Source of the DNA: Eledone cirrhosa
Taxonomy: Eukaryota
NCBI GenBank assembly: GCA_964016885.1
Contig: OZ024741.1
Span: 3,162,001-3,226,000, forward strand
DNA: 64,000 nt
Direction: 5' to 3'
Below are positions 34,901 to 49,900 of this stretch, piece by piece; the first letter of the stretch is position 1; the number at the start of each line of letters is the position of its first letter. The translations under genes and the position numbers were made by a program. The notes under the pieces are model-generated. The model did no database searches, had not been told where the DNA came from, and worked only from the letters and a program-made list of their open reading frames with translations.

Positions 34901-37900
34901 AGACTTGGTGTAGTCTTAGAAGGTAGACTTGGTGTAGTCTTACTAGGTAGACTTGGTGTAGTCGTAGAAGACAGACTTGGTGTAGTCTTAGTAGGTAGAC
35001 TCGGTGTAGTCCTAGAAGGTAGACTTGGTGTCGTCTTAGTAGACAGACTTGGTGTAGTCTTAGAAGGTAGACTTAGTGTAGTCTTAGAAGGTAGACTTGG
35101 TGTAGTCTTAGTATACAGACTTTGTGTAGTCTTTGTAGGTAGACTTGGCGTAGTCTTAGTACGTAGACTTGGTGTAGACTTAGAAGGTAGACTTGGTATT
35201 GTCTTAGAAGACAGACTTGGTGTAGTCTTAGGAGGTAGACTTGGTGTAGTCTTAGTAGGTACACTTGGTGTAGTGTAGACTTGGTGTAGTCTTAGAAGGT
35301 AGACTTGGTGTAGAATTAGTAGGCAGACTTGGTGTAGTCTTAGAAGGTAGACTTGGTGTAGTCTTAGAAGGTAGACTTGGTGTAGACTTACTAGGTAGAC
35401 TTGGTGTAGTCTTAGAAGACAGACTTGGTGTAGTCTTAGTAGGTAGGCTAGGTGTAGTCCTAGAAGGTAGACTTGGTGTAGTCTTAGTAGACAGACTTGG
35501 TGTAGTCTTAGAAGGTAGACTTAGTGTAGTCTTAGAAGGTAGACTTCGTGTAGTCTTAGTAGACAGACTTGGTGTAGTCTTAGTAGGTAGACTTGGCGTA
35601 GTCTTAGTACGTACACTTGGTGTAGACTTAGAAGGTAGACTTGGTGTAGTCTTAGTAGGTACACTTGGTGTAGTGTAAACTTGGTGTAGTCTTAGAAGGT
35701 TGACTTGGTGTAGACTTAGAAGGTAGACTTGGTGTAGTCTTAGTAGGTAGACTTATTGTAGTCTTAGAATACAGACTTGGTGTAGTCTTAGAAGGTAGCC
35801 TTGGTGTAGTCTCACTAGTTAGATTTGGTGTAGTGTTAGAAGACAGACTTGGTGTTGTCTTAGTAGGTAGACTTGGTGTAGTCCTAGAAGGTAGACTTGG
35901 TGTAGTAGTAGTAGTAGACAGACTGGGTGTAGTCTTAGTAGGTAGACTTGGTGTAGTCTTAGTAGACAGACTTGGTGTTGTCTTAGTAGGTAGACTTGGT
36001 GTAGTTTTAGTAGACAGACTTGGTGTAGTCTTAGAAGGTAGACGTGGTGTAGTCTTAGTAGACAGACTTTGTGTAGTCTTAGTATATAGAGTTGGTGTAG
36101 TCTTAGTAGGTAGACTTGGTGTAGACTTAGTAGACAGACTTGTGGCCGTCTTAGAAAGTAGACTTGGTGTAGTCTTAGTAGGTACACTTGGTGTAGTGTA
36201 GATTTGGTGTAGACTTAAAAGGTAGACTTGGTGTAGACTTAGAAGGTAGAATTGGTGTAGTCTTAGTAGGTAGACTTGATGTAGTCTTAATAGAATGACT
36301 TGCTCTAGTCTTAGTAGGTAGACTTGGTGTAGAATTAGAAGGTAGACTTGGTGTAGTCTTAGTAGGTAGACTTGATGTAGTCTTAGTAGACAGACTTGGT
36401 GTAGTCTTAGTAGACAGACTTGGTGTAGTCTTAGAAGGTAGAGTTAGTGTAGTCTTAGAAGGTAGACTTGGTGTAGTCTTAGAAGGTAGATTTGGTGTAG
36501 TCTTAGAAGGTAGACTTGGTGTAGTCTTAGTAGACAGCTTTGGTGTAGTCTTAGTAGACAGCTTTGTTGTAGTCTTAGAAGATAGACTTAGTGTAGTCTT
36601 AGAAGGTAGATTTGGTGTAGTCTTAGAAGTGAAACTTGGTGTAGTCTTAGAAGACAGACTTGGTGTAGTCTTAGTAGGTAGACTTGGTGTAGTCTTAGAA
36701 GGTAGACTTGGTGTAGTCTTTGAAGGTAGACTTAGTGTAGTCTTAGAAGTTAGACTTGGTGTAGTCTTAGTAGACAGACTTTGTTTATTCTTAGAAGGTA
36801 GACATGGTGTAGTCTTAGAAGGTAGATTTGGTGTAATCTTAGTAGGTACACTTGGTGTAGTGTAGAATTGGTGTAGAATTAGAAGGTAGACTTGGTGTAG
36901 TCTTAGTAGGCAGACTTGGTGTAGTCTTAGAAGACAGACTTGGTGTAGTGTTAGAAGGTAGACTTGGTGTAGTCTTAGTAGGTAGACTTGGTGTAGTCTT
37001 ATAAGGTAGATTTGGTGTAGTCTTAGAAGGTAGACTTGGTGTAGTCTTAGTAGACAGCTTTGGTGTAGTCTTAGTAGACAGCTTTTTTGTAGTCTTAGAA
37101 GATAGACTTTGTGTAGTCTTAGAAGGTAGATTTGGTGTAGTCTTAGAAGGTAAACTTGGTGTAGTCTTAGAAGAAAGACTTGGTGTAGTCTTAGTAGGTA
37201 GACTTGGTGTAGTCTTAGAAGGTAGACTTGGTGTAGTCTTTGAAGGTAGACTTAGTGTAGTCTTAGAAGTTAGACTTGGTGTAGACTTAGTAGACAGACT
37301 TTGTTTATTCTTAGAAGGTAGACTTGGTATAGTCTTAGAAGACAGACATGGTGTAGTCTTAGAAGGTAGATTTGGTGTAATCTTAGTAGGTACACTTGGT
37401 GTAGTGTAGAATTGGTGTAGAATTAGAAGGTAGACTTGGTGTAGTCTTAGTAGGTAGACTTGGTGTAGTCTTAGTAGTTAGACTTGGTGTAGTCTTAGAA
37501 GACAGACTTGGTGTAGTGTTAGAAGGTAGACTTGGTGTAGTCTTAGTAGGTAGACTTGGTGTAGTCTTAGTAGAAAGACTTGCTCTAGTCTTAGTAGATA
37601 GACTTGGTTTAGTCTTAGTAGACAGACTTGGTGTAGTCTTAGAAGGTAGACTTGGTGTAGTCTTAGTAGGTAGACTTAGTGTAGTCTTAGAAGACAAATT
37701 TGGTGTAGTCTTAGAAGGTAGACTTGGTGTAGTCTTAGAAGGTAGACTTGGTTTAGTCTTAATAGGTAGACTTGGTGTAGTCTTAGAAGACAGACTTGGT
37801 GTAGTCTTAGTAGGTAGACTCGGTGTAGTCTTAGTATATAGACTTGGTGTAGTCTTAGAAGACAGACTTGGTGTAGTCTTAGTAGGTAGACTTGGCGTAG

Positions 37901-40900
37901 TCTTAGTACGTAGACTTGGTGTTGACTTAGAAGGTAGACTTGGTATAGTCTTAGAAGACAGACTTGGTGTAGTCTTAGGAGGTAGACTTGGTGTAGTCTT
38001 AGTAGGTACACTTGGTGTAGTGTCGACTTGGTGTAGTCTTAGAAGGTAGACTTTGTGTAGTCTTAGTATACAGACTTGGTGTAGTCTTAGTAGGTAGACT
38101 TGGCGTAGTCTTAGTACGTAGACTTGGTGTAGTCTTAGTAGACAGACTTGGTGTAGTCTTAGAAGGTAGACTTGGTGTAGTCTTAGAAGACAGATTTGGT
38201 GTAGTCTTAGAAGGTAGACTTGGTGTAGAATTAATAGGCAGACTTGGTGTAGTCTTAGAAGGTAGACTTGGTGTAGTCTTAGAAGACAGATTTGGTGTAG
38301 TCTTAGAAGGTAGACTTGGTGTAGTCTTAGTAGACAGACTTGGTGTAGTCTTAGAAGGTAGACTTGGTGTAGTCTTAGTAGGTAGACTTGGTGTAGTCTT
38401 AGTAGACAGACTTGGTGTAGTCTTAGTAGGTAGACTTGGTGTAGTCTTAGTAGACAGACTTGGTGTAGTCTTAGTAGGTAGACTTGGTGTAGTTTTAGTA
38501 GACAGCTTTGGTGTAGTCTTAGAAGGTAGACTTGGTGTAGGCTTAGAAGCTAGTCTTGGTGTAGTCTTAGAAGTTAGACTTGGTGTAGACTTAGAAGGTA
38601 GACTTGGTGTAGTCTTAGTAGGTAGACTTTTTGTAGTCTTAGAAAACAGCCTTGGTGTAGTTTTAGAAGGTAGACTTGGTGTAGTCTCACTAGGTATATT
38701 TGGTGTAGAGTTAGAAGACAGACTTGGTGTAGTCTTAGTAGGTAGACTTGGTGTAGTTCTAGAAGGTAGACGTGGTGTAGTAGTAGTAGACAGACTGGGT
38801 GTAGTCTTAGTAGGTAGACTTGGTGTAGTCTTAGTAGACAGACTTGGTGTAGTCTTAGAAGGTAGACTTGGTGTAGTCTTAGAAAGTAGATTGGTGTAGT
38901 CTTAGTAGACAGAATTTCTTTAGTATTAGAAGGTAGACTTGGTGTAGTCTTAGAAGACAGACTTGGTGTAGTCTTAGAAGGTAGACTTGGTGTAGTCTTA
39001 GAAATTAGATTGGTGTAGTCTTAGTAGACAGACTTTCTTTAGTATTAGAAGGTAGACTTGGTGTAGTCTTAGAAGATAGACTTGGGGTCGTCTTAGAAGG
39101 TAGACTTGGTTTAGTCTTAGTAGGTACACTTGGTGTAGTGTAGATTTGGTGTAGACTTAAAAGGTAGACTTGGTGTAGTTTTAGAAGGTAGAATTGGTGT
39201 AGTCTTAGAAGGTAGACTTGGTGTAGTCTTAGAAGGTAGACTTGGTGTAGTCTTAGAAGACAGACTTGGTGTAGTCTTAGTAGGTAGACTTGGTGTAGTC
39301 TTAGTAGGTAGACTTGGTGTAGATTTAGAAGGTGGACTTGGTGTAGTCTTAGTAGGTAGACTTGATGTAGTCTTAGTAGACAGACTTGGTGTAGTCATAG
39401 TAGACAGACTTGGTGTAGTCTTAGAAGGTAGGGTTAGTGTAGTCTTATTAGGTAGACTTGGTGTAGCCTTAGAAGGTAGATTTGGTGTAGTCTTAGAAGG
39501 TAGATTTGGTGTAGTCTTAGAAGGTAGACTTGGTGTAGTCTTAGAAGACAGACTTGGTGTAGTCTTAGTAGGTAGACTTGGTGTAGTCTTAGAAGGTAGA
39601 CTTAATGTAGTCTTAGAAGTTAGACTTGGTGTAGTCTTTGAAGGTAGACTTGGTGTAGCCTTAGTAGACAGACTTTGTTTATTCTTAGAAGGTAGATTTG
39701 GTGTAATCTTAGTACGTACCCTTGGTTTAGTGTAGAATTGGTGTAGAATTAGAAGGTAGACTTGGTGTAGTCTTAGTAGGCAGACTTGGTGTAGTCTTAG
39801 TAGTTAGACTTGGTGTAGTCTTAGAAGACAGACTTGGTGTAGTGTTAGAAGGTAGACTTGGTGTGGTCTTAGTAGGTAGAATTGGTGTAGTCTTAGAAGG
39901 TAGACGTAGTGTAGTCTTACTAGGTAGACTTGGTGTAGTCTTATAAGACACATTGGTGTAGTCTTAGTAGGTAGACTTGGTGTAGTCCTAGAAGGTAGAC
40001 TTCGTGTAGTCTTAGTAGGCAGACTTGGTGTATTCTTAGTAGAGAGCTTTGTTGTAGTCTTAGTAGACAGATTTGGTGTAGTCTTAGAAGGTAGACTTGG
40101 TGTAGAATTAGTAGGCAGATTGGTGTAGTCTTAGAAGGTAGACTTGGTGTAGTCTTAGAAGACAGATTTGGTGTAGTCTTAGAAGGTAGACTTGGTGTAG
40201 TCTTAGTAGACAGACTTGGTGTAGTCTTAGAATGTAGACTTGGTGTAGTCTTAGTAGGTAGACTTGGTGTAGTCTTAGTAGGTAGACTTGATGTAGTCTT
40301 AGTAGACAGACTTGGTGTAGTCTTAGTAGACAGACTTGGTGTCGTCTTAGAAGGTAGAGTTAGTGTAGTCTTAGTAGGTAGACTTGGTGTAGCCTTAGAA
40401 GGTAGATTTGGTGTAGTCTTAGAAGGTAGACTTGGTGTAGTCTTAGAAGGTAGATTTGGTGTAGTCTTAGAAGTTAGACTTGGTGTAGTCTTAGAAGACA
40501 GACTTGGTGTAGTCTTAGTAGGTAGACTTGGTGTAGTCTTAGAAGGTAGACTTGGTGTAGACTTTGAAGGTGGACTTATTGTAGTCTTAGAAGTTAGACT
40601 TGGTGTAGTCTTTGAAGGTAGACGTAGTGTAGTCTTACTAGGTAGACTTGGTGTAGTCTTATAAGACACATTGGTGTAGTCTTATTAGGTAGACTTGGTG
40701 TAGTCCTAGAAGGTAGACTTGGTGTAGTCTTAATAGGCAGACTTGGTGTATTCTTAGTAGAGAGCTTTGTTGTAGTCTTAGTAGAGAGATTTGGTGTAGT
40801 CTTAGAAGGTAAACTTGGTGTAGAATTAGTAGTCAGACTTGGTGTAGTCTTAGAAGGTAGACTTGGTGTAGTCTTAGAAGACAGATTTGTGTAGTCTTAG

Positions 40901-43900
40901 AAGGTAGACTTGGTGTAGTCTTAGTAGACAGACTTGGTGTAGTCTTAGAAGGTAGACTTGGTGTAGTCTTAGAAAGTAGATTGGTGTAGTCTTAGTAGAC
41001 AGACTTTCTTTAGTATTAGAAGGTAGACTTGGTGTAGTCTTAGAAGACAGACTTGGTGTAGTCTTAGAAGGTAGACTTTGTGTAGTCTTAGTAGGTAGAC
41101 TTGGTGTAGTCTTAGTAGACAGACTTGGTGTAGTCTTAGTAGGTAGACTTGGTGTAGTCTTAGTAGACAGACTTGGTGTAGTCTTACTAGGTAGACTTGG
41201 TGTAGACTTAGAAGCTAGACTTGGTGTAGTCTTAGAAGTTAGACTTGGTGTAGACTTAGAAGGTAGACTTGGTGTAGTCTTAGTAGGTAGACTTATTGTA
41301 GTCTTAGAAGACAGACTTGGTGTAGTCTTAGAAGGTAGACTTGGTGTAGTCTCACTAGGTAGATTTGGTGTAGTGTTAGAAGACAGACTTGGTGTAGTCT
41401 TAGTAGGTAGACTTGGTGTAGATCTAGAAGGTAGACTTGGTGTAGTAGTAGTAGACAGACTGGGTGTAGTCTTAGTAGACAGACTTGGTGTAGTCTTAGT
41501 AGGTAGACTTGGTGTAGTGTAGAATTGGTGTAGTTTTAGAAGGTAGAATCGGTGTAGTCTTAGAAGGTAGACTTGGTGTAGTCTTAGAAGGTAGAATTGG
41601 TGTAGTCTTAGAAGACAGACTTGGTGTAGTCTTAGTAAGTAGACTTGGTGTAGTCTTAGTAGGTAGACTTGGTGTAGATTTAGAAGGTAGAATTGGTGTA
41701 GTCTTAGTAGGTAGACTTGATGTAGTCTTAGTAGACAGACTTGGTGTAGTCTTAGTAGACAGACTTGGTGTAGTCTTAGAAGGTAGAGTTAGTGTAGTCT
41801 TAGAAGGTAGACTTGGTGTAGCCTTAGAAGGTAGATTTGGTGTAGTCTTAGAAGGTAGACTTGGTGTAGTCTTAGTAGACAGCTTTGGTGTAGTCTTAGT
41901 AGACAGCTTTGGTGTAGTCTTAGAAGGTAGATTTGGTGTAGTCTTAGAAGGTAGACTTGGTGTAGTCTTAGAAGACAGACTTGGTGTAGTCTTAGTAGGT
42001 AGACTTGGTGTAGTCTTAGAAGGTAGACTTGGTGTCGTCTTTGAAGGTAGACTTAGTGTAGTCTTAGAAGTTAGACTTGGTGTAGTCTTTGAAGGTAGAC
42101 TTAGTGTAGTCTTAGAAGGTAGACTTGGTGTAGTCTTAGTAGACAGACTTTGTTTATTCTTAGAAGGTTGATTTGGTGTAATCTTAGTAGGTACACTTGG
42201 TTTAGTGTAGAATTGGTGTAGAATTAGAAGGTAGACTTGGTGTAGTCTTAGTAGGCAGACTTGGTGTAGTCTTAGTAGTTAGACTTGGTGTAGTCTTAGA
42301 AGACAGACTTGGTGTAGTGTTAGAAGGTAGACTTGGTGTAGTCTTACTAGACAGACTTGGTGTAGTCTTAGTAGACAGAATTGGTTTAGTCTTAGAAGGT
42401 AGACTTGGTGTAGTCTTAGTAGACAGACTTGGTGTAGTCTTAGAAGGTAGACTTGGTGTAGTCTTAGTAGGTAGACTTGGTGTAGTCTTAGTAGACAGAC
42501 TTGGTGTAGTCTTAGTAGGTAGACTTTGTGTAGTCTTAGTAGACAGACTTGGTGTAGTCTTAGTAGGTAGACTTGGTGTAGTTTTAGTAGACAGCTTTGG
42601 TGTAGTCTTAGAATGTAGACTTGGTGTAGACTTAGAAGCTAGACTTGGTGTAGTCTTAGAAGTTAGACTTGGTGTAGACTTAGAAGGTAGACTTGGTGTA
42701 GAATTAGTAGGCAGACTTGGTGTAGTCTTAGAAGGTAGACTTGGTGTAGTCTTAGAAGGTAGACTTGGTGTAGTCTCACTAGGTAGATTTGGTGTAGTGT
42801 TAGAAGACAGACTTGGTGTAGTCTTAGTAGGTAGACTTGGTGTAGATCTAGAAGGTAGACTTGGTGTAGTAGTAGTAGACAGACTGGGTGTAGTCTTAGT
42901 AGGTAGACTTGGTGTAGTCTTAGTAGACAGACTTGGTGTAGTCTTAGTAGGTAGACTTGGTGTAGTTTTAGTAGACAGACTTGGTGTAGTCTTAGAAGGT
43001 AGACTTGGTGTAGTCTTAGTAGGCAGACTTGGTGTAGTCTTAGTATATAGACTTGGTGTAGTCTTAGTAGGTAGACTTGGTGTAGACTTAGAAGTTAGAC
43101 TTGGTGTAGTCTTAGTAGACAGACTTGTTGTAGTCTTAATAGACAGACTTGGTGTAGTCTTAGAAGGTAGACTTGGTGTAGTCCTAGTAGACAGCTTTGT
43201 TGTAGTCTTAGAAGGCAGACTTCGTTGAAACTTCGAAGGTAGACTTGGTTTAGTCTTAGTAGGGAGACTTAGTGTAGTCTTAGAAGGTAGACTTGGTGTA
43301 GTCTTAGAAGACAGACTTGGTGTAGTCTTATTAGGTAGACTTGGTGTAGTCTTACAAGGTAGACTTGGTGTAGTCTTTGAAGGTAGACTTGGTCTAGTCT
43401 TTGAAGGTAGACTTGGTGTAGTCTTAGAAGACAGACTTCGTGTAGTCTTAGTAGGTAGACTTAGTGTAGTCTTAGAAGGTATACTTGGTGTAGTCTTAGT
43501 AGACAGACTTGGTGTAGTCTTAGTACGTAGACTTGGTGTGGTCTGAGAAGGTACAATTGGGGTAGTATTAGTAGACAGAATGGGTGCAGTCTTAGTAGGT
43601 AGACTTGGTGTAGTCTTAGTAGACAGACTTGGTGTAGTCTTAGTAGGTAGACTTGGTGTAGTCTTAGTAGACACACTTGGTGTAGTCTTAGTAGATAGAC
43701 TTGGTGCAGTCTTAAAAGTTAGACTTGGTCTAGACTTAGAAGGTAGACTTGGTGTAGTCTTAGTAGGTCCACTTGGCGTCGTGTAGACTTGGTGTAGTCT
43801 CTAGTAACTAGAGTTGGTGTAGTCTTAGTAGGTAGACATGGTGTACTCTTAGTAGACACACTTGGTGTGGTCTTAGTAGGTAGACTTGGTGTAGTCTTAG

Positions 43901-46900
43901 AAGGTAGACTTAGTGTAGTCTTAGAAGGTAGACGTGGTGTAGTCTTACTAGGTAGAATTTGTGTAGTCTTAGAAGGTAGACTTGGTGTAGTCTTAGAAGG
44001 TAGACTCGGTGTAGTCTTAGTATATAGACTTGGTGTAGTCTTAGTAGGTAGTATTGATGTAGATTTAAAAGGTAGACTTGGTGTAGTCTTAGAAGGTAGA
44101 TTTCGTGTAATCTTAGTATTTAGACTTGGTGTAGTCTTAGAAGATAGACTTGGTGTAGACTTAGAAGATAGATTTGGTGTAGTCTTACAAGGTAGATTTG
44201 GTGTGGTCTTAGAAGGTAGACTTGGTATAGTCTTAGAAGTTAGACTTGGTGTAGTCTTAGTAGACAGACTTGGTGTAGTCTTAGTAGGTAGATTGGTGTG
44301 GTCTGAGAAGGTACACTTGGTGTAGTATTAGTAGACAGACTGGGTGCAGTCTTAGTAGACAGACATGCTGTGGTCTTAGTAGGTAGACTTGGTGTAGTCT
44401 TAGTAGACACACTTAGTGTAGTCTCTGTAGGTAGACTTGGTGTAGTCTACAAACTTGGTGTAGTCTACAAACTTGGTGTAGTCTTAGTAGACAACTTTGG
44501 TGTAGTCTTAGTAGGTAGACTTGGTGTAGTCTTAGAAGGTAGACTTCATGTAGTCTTAGAAGGTAGACTTCGTTAAGTCTTAGTAGACAGACTTGGTGAA
44601 GTCTTAGTAGACAGACCTGGTGTAGTCTTACTAGGTAGACTTGGTATAGTCTTAGTAGATAGACTTAGTGTAGTCTTAGAAGACAGACTTCGTGTAGTCT
44701 TAGTAGGTACACTTGGTGTATTCTTAGAAGATAGACTTAATGTAGTCTTAGAAGACCAATTGGTGTAGTCATAGTAGGTAGTCTTGGTGTAGTCGTAGAA
44801 GGTAGACTTGGTGTAGTCTTAGTAGACTGACTTGGTGTAGTCTTAGTAGGTAGACTTGGTATGGTCTGAGAAGGTACACTTGGTGTAGTATTAGTAGACA
44901 GAATGGGTGCAGTCTTAGTAGGTAGACTTGGTGTAGTCTTAGTAGACACACTTGGTGTAGTCTCTGTAGGTAGAATTGGTGTAGTCTTAGAAGGTAGACT
45001 TGGTGTAGGCTTAGAAGACAAACTTGGTGTGGTCTTAGACGGTAGATTTGGTGTAGTCTTAGTAGACAGAGTTGGTGTAGTCATAGTAGACAGGGTTGGT
45101 GTAGTCTTAGAAGGTAGACTTGGTGTAGGCTTAGAAGACAAACTTGGTGTGGTCTTAGAAGGTAGACTTGGTGTAGTCTTAGTAGACAGACTTGGTGTAG
45201 TCTTAGAATGTAGACTTGGTGTAGTCTTAGTAGGTAGACTTGGTGTAGTCTTAGTATGTAGACTTGATGTAGTCTTAGTAGACAGACTTGGTGTAGTCTT
45301 AGTAGACAGACTTGGTGTAGTCTTAGAAGGTAGAGTTAGTGTAGTCTTAGTAGGTAGACTTGGTGTAGCCTTAGAAGGTAGATTTGGTGTAGTCTTAGAA
45401 GGTGGACTTGGTGTAGTCTTAGTAGACAGCTTTGGTGTAGTCTTAGTAGACAGCTTTGGTGTAGTCTTAGAAGGTAGATTTGGTGTAGTCTTAGAAGGTA
45501 GACTTGGTGTAGTCTTAGAAGACAGACTTGGTGTAGTCTTAGTAGGTAGACTTGGTGTAGTCTTAGAAGGTAGACTTGGTGTAGTCTTTGAAGGTGGACT
45601 TAGTGTAGTCTTAGAAGTTAGACTTGGTGTAGTCTTTGAAGGTAGACGTAGTGTAGTCTTACTAGGTAGACTTGGTGTAGTCTTATAAGACACATTGGTG
45701 TAGTCTTAGTAGGTAGACTTGGTGTAGTCCTAGAAGGTAGACTTGGTGTAGTCTTAGTAGACAGACTTGGTGTATTCTTAGTAGAGAGCTTTGTTGTAGT
45801 CTTAGTAGACAGATTTGGTGTAGTCTTAGAAGGTAGACTTGGTGTAGAATTAGTAGGCAGACTTGGTGTAGTCTTAGAAGGTAGACTTGGTGTAGTCTTA
45901 GAAGACAGATTTGGTCTAGTCTTAGAAGGTAGACTTGGTGTAGTCTTAGTAGACAGACTTGGTGTAGTCTTAGAAGGTAGACTTTGTGTAGTCTTAGTAG
46001 ACAGACTTGGTGTAGTCTTAGTAGGTAGACTTGGTGTAGTTTTAGTAGACAGCTTTGGTGTAGTCTTAGTAGGTAGACTTGGTGTAGTCTTAGTAGACAG
46101 ACTTGGTGTAGTCTTAGTAGGTAGACTTTGTGTAGTCTTAGTAGACAGACTTGGTGTAGTCTTAGTAGGTAGACTTGGTGTAGTTTTAGTAGACAGCTTT
46201 GGTGTAGTCTTAGAAGGTAGACTTGGTGTAGACTTAGAAGCTAGACTTGGTGTAGTCTTAGAAGTTAGACTTGGTGTAGACTTAGAAGGTAGACTTGGTG
46301 TAGAATTAGTAGGCAGACTTGGTGTAGTCTTAGAAGGTAGACTTGGTGTAGTCTTAGAAGGTAGACTTGGTGTAGTCTCACTAGGTAGATTTGGTGTAGT
46401 GTTAGAAGACAGACTTGGTGTAGTCTTAGTAGGTAGACTTGGTGTAGATCTAGAAGGTAGACTTGGTGTAGTAGTAGTAGACAGACTGGGTGTAGTCTTA
46501 GTAGGTAGACTTGGTGTAGTCTTAGTAGACAGACTTGGTGTAGTCTTAGTAGGTAGACTTGGTGTAGTTTTAGTAGACAGACTTGGTGTAGTCTTAGAAG
46601 GTAGACTTGGTGTAGTCTTAGTAGGCAGACTGGGTGTAGTCTTAGTATATAGACTTGGTGTAGTCTTAGTAGGTAGACTTGGTGTAGACTTAGAAGGTAG
46701 ACTTGGTGTAGTCTTAGTAGACAGACTTGGTGTAGTCTTAATAGACAGACTTGGTGTAGTCTTAGAAGGTAGACTTGGTGTAGTCCTAGTAGACAGCTTT
46801 GTTGTAGTCTTAGAAGGCAGACTTCGTTGAAACTTCGAAGGTAGACTTGGTTTAGTCTTAGTAGGGAGACTTAGTGTAGTCTTAGAAGGTAGACTTGGTG

Positions 46901-49900
46901 TAGTCTTAGTAGACAGACTTGGTGTAGTCTTATTAGGTAGACTTGGTGTAGTCTTACAAGGTAGACTTGGTGTAGTCTTTGAAGGTAGACTTGGTCTAGT
47001 CTTTGAAGGTAGACTTGGTGTAGTCTTAGAAGACAGACTTGGTGTAGTCTTAGTAGGTAGACTTGGTGTGGTCTGAGAAGGTACAATTGGGGTAGTATTA
47101 GTAGACAGAATGGGTGCAGTCTTAGTAGGTAGACTTGGTGTAGTCTTAGTAGACAGACTCGGTGTAGTCTTAGTAGGTAGACTTGGTGTAGTCTTAGTAG
47201 ACACACTTGGTGTAGTCTTAGTAGATAGACTTGGTGCAGTCTTAAAAGTTAGACTTGGTCTAGACTTAGAAGGTAGACTTGGTGTAGTCTTAGTAGGTCC
47301 ACTTGGCGTCGTGTAGACTTGGTGTAGTCTCTAGTAACTAGAGTTGGTGTAGTATTAGTAGGTAGACATGGTGTACTCTTAGTAGACACACTTGGTGTGG
47401 TCTTAGTAGGTAGACTTGGTGTAGTCTTAGAAGGTAGACTTGGTGTAGTCTTAGAAGGTAGACGTGGTGTAGTCTTACTAGGTAGAATTTGTGTAGTCTT
47501 AGAAGGTAGACTTGGTGTAGTCTTAGAAGGTAGACTCGGTGTAGTCTTAGTATATAGACTTGGTGTAGTCTTAGTAGGTAGTATTGGTGTAGATTTAGAA
47601 GGTAGACTTGGTGTAGTCTTAGAAGGTAGATTTGGTGTAATCTTAGTATTTAGACTTGGTGTAGTCTTAGAAGATAGACTTGGTGTAGACTTAGAAGATA
47701 GATTTGGTGTAGTCTTACAAGGTAGATTTGGTGTGGTCTTAGAAGGTAGACTTGGTATAGTCTTAGAAGTTAGACTTGGTGTAGTCTTAGTAGACAGACT
47801 TGGTGTAGTCTTAGTAGGTAGATTGGTGTGGTCTGAGAAGGTACACTTGGTGTAGTATTAGTAGACAGACTGGGTGCAGTCTTAGTAGACAGACTTGGTG
47901 TGGTCTTAGTAGGTAGACTTGGTGTAGTCTTAGTAGACACACTTAGTGTAGTCTCTGTAGGTAGACTTGGTGTAGTCTTAGAAGGTAGACTTGGTGTAGG
48001 CTTAGAAGACAAACTTGGTGTAGTCTTAGTAGACAACTTTGGTGTAGTCTTAGTAGGTAGACTGGGTGTAGTCTTAGAAGGTAGACTTCATGTAGTCTTA
48101 GAAGGTAGACTTCGTTAAGTCTTAGTAGACAGACTTGGTGAAGTCTTAGTAGACAGACCTGGTGTAGTCTTACTAGGTAGACTTGGTATAGTCTTAGTAG
48201 ATAGACTTAGTGTAGTCTTAGAAGACAGACTTCGTGTAGTCTTAGTAGGTACACTTGGTGTATTCTTAGAAGATAGACTTAATGTAGTCTTAGAAGACCA
48301 ATTGGTGTAGTCATAGTAGGTAGTCTTGGTGTAGTCGTAGAAGGTAGACTTGGTGTAGTCTTAGTAGACTGACTTGGTGTAGTCTTAGTAGGTAGACTTG
48401 GTATGGTCTGAGAAGGTACACTTGGTGTAGTATTAGTAGACAGAATGAGTGGAGTCTTAGTAGGTAGACTTGGTGTAGTCTTAGTAGGCACACTTGGTGT
48501 AGTCTCTGTAGGTAGACTTGGTGTAGTCTTAGAAGGTAGACTTGGTGTAGGCTTAGAAGACAAACTTGGTGTGGTCTTAGACGGTAGATTTGGTGTAGTC
48601 TTAGTAGACAGAGTTGGTGTAGTCATAGTAGACAGGGTTGCTGTAGTCTTAGAAGGTAGACTTGGTGTAGGCTTAGAAGACAAACTTGGTGTGGTCTTAG
48701 AAGGTAGACTTGGTGTAGTCTTAGTAGACAGACTTGGTGTAGTCTTAGTAGACACACTTGATGTAGTCTCTGTAGGTAGACTTGGTGTAGTCTTAGAAGG
48801 TAGACTTGGTGTAGGCTTAGAAGACAAACTTGGTGTGGTCTCAGAAGTTAGATTTGGTGTAGTCATAGTAGACAGACTTGGTGTAGAATTAGAAGGTAAA
48901 CTTGGTGTAGTGTTAGTAGAGAGACTTGGTGTAGTCTTAGAAGGTAGACTTGGTGGAGTCTTAGTAGACAGACTTGGTGTAGTTTTAGTAGGTAGACTTG
49001 GTGGAGTCTTAGTAGACAGACTTGGTGTAGTTTTAGTAGGTAGACTTGGTGTAGTCTTAGTAGACAGAGTTGGTGTAGTCTTAGTAGGTAGACTTGTTGT
49101 AGTCTTAATAGATAGACTTGGTGTAGTATTAGTAGGTAGACTTGATGTAGTCTTAGTATTTAGTCTTATTTAGTCTTAGTAGGCAGACTTCGTGTAGTCT
49201 TTGTAGGTAGATTTAGTGTAGTGTTAGTAGAGAGACTTGGTGTAGTCTTAGTAGATAGACTTGGTGTAGTCTTAGAAGTTAGACTTGGCCTAGACTTAGA
49301 AGGTAGACTTGGTGTAGTCTTAGTAGGTACACTTGTTGTCGTGTAGACTTGGTGTAGTCTCTAGTAACTAGAGTTGGTGTAGTCTTAGTAGGTACACTTG
49401 GTGTAGTCTTAGTAGACAGACTTGGTGTAGTCTTAGAAGTCAGACTTGGTGTAGTCTTAGTAGGTAGACTTGTTGTAGTCTTACTAGATAGACTTGGTGT
49501 AGTCTTAGTAGGTAGACTTGATGTAGTCTTAGTAGGTAGACTTGGTGTAGTCTTGGTAGTCAGACTTGGTGTAGTCTTAGTAGGTAGACTTGGGGTAGTC
49601 TTAGTAGACAGACTTGGTGTATTCTTAGTAGACAGACTTGGTGTAGTCTTAGTAGGTAGACTGGGTATAGTCTTAGTAAGTAGACTTGGTGTAGTCTTAG
49701 AAGGTAATTTGGTGAAGTCTTAGAAGGTAGATTTGGTGTAGTCTTAGTAGACAGACTTGGTGTAGTCTTAGTAGACTGACTTGGTTTAGTCTTACAAGGT
49801 AGACTTGGTGTAGTCTTAGTAGGTAGACTTGGTGGAGTCTTAGTAGACAGACTTGGTGTAGTCTTAGTAGGTAGACTTGGTGTAGTCTTAGTAGACACAC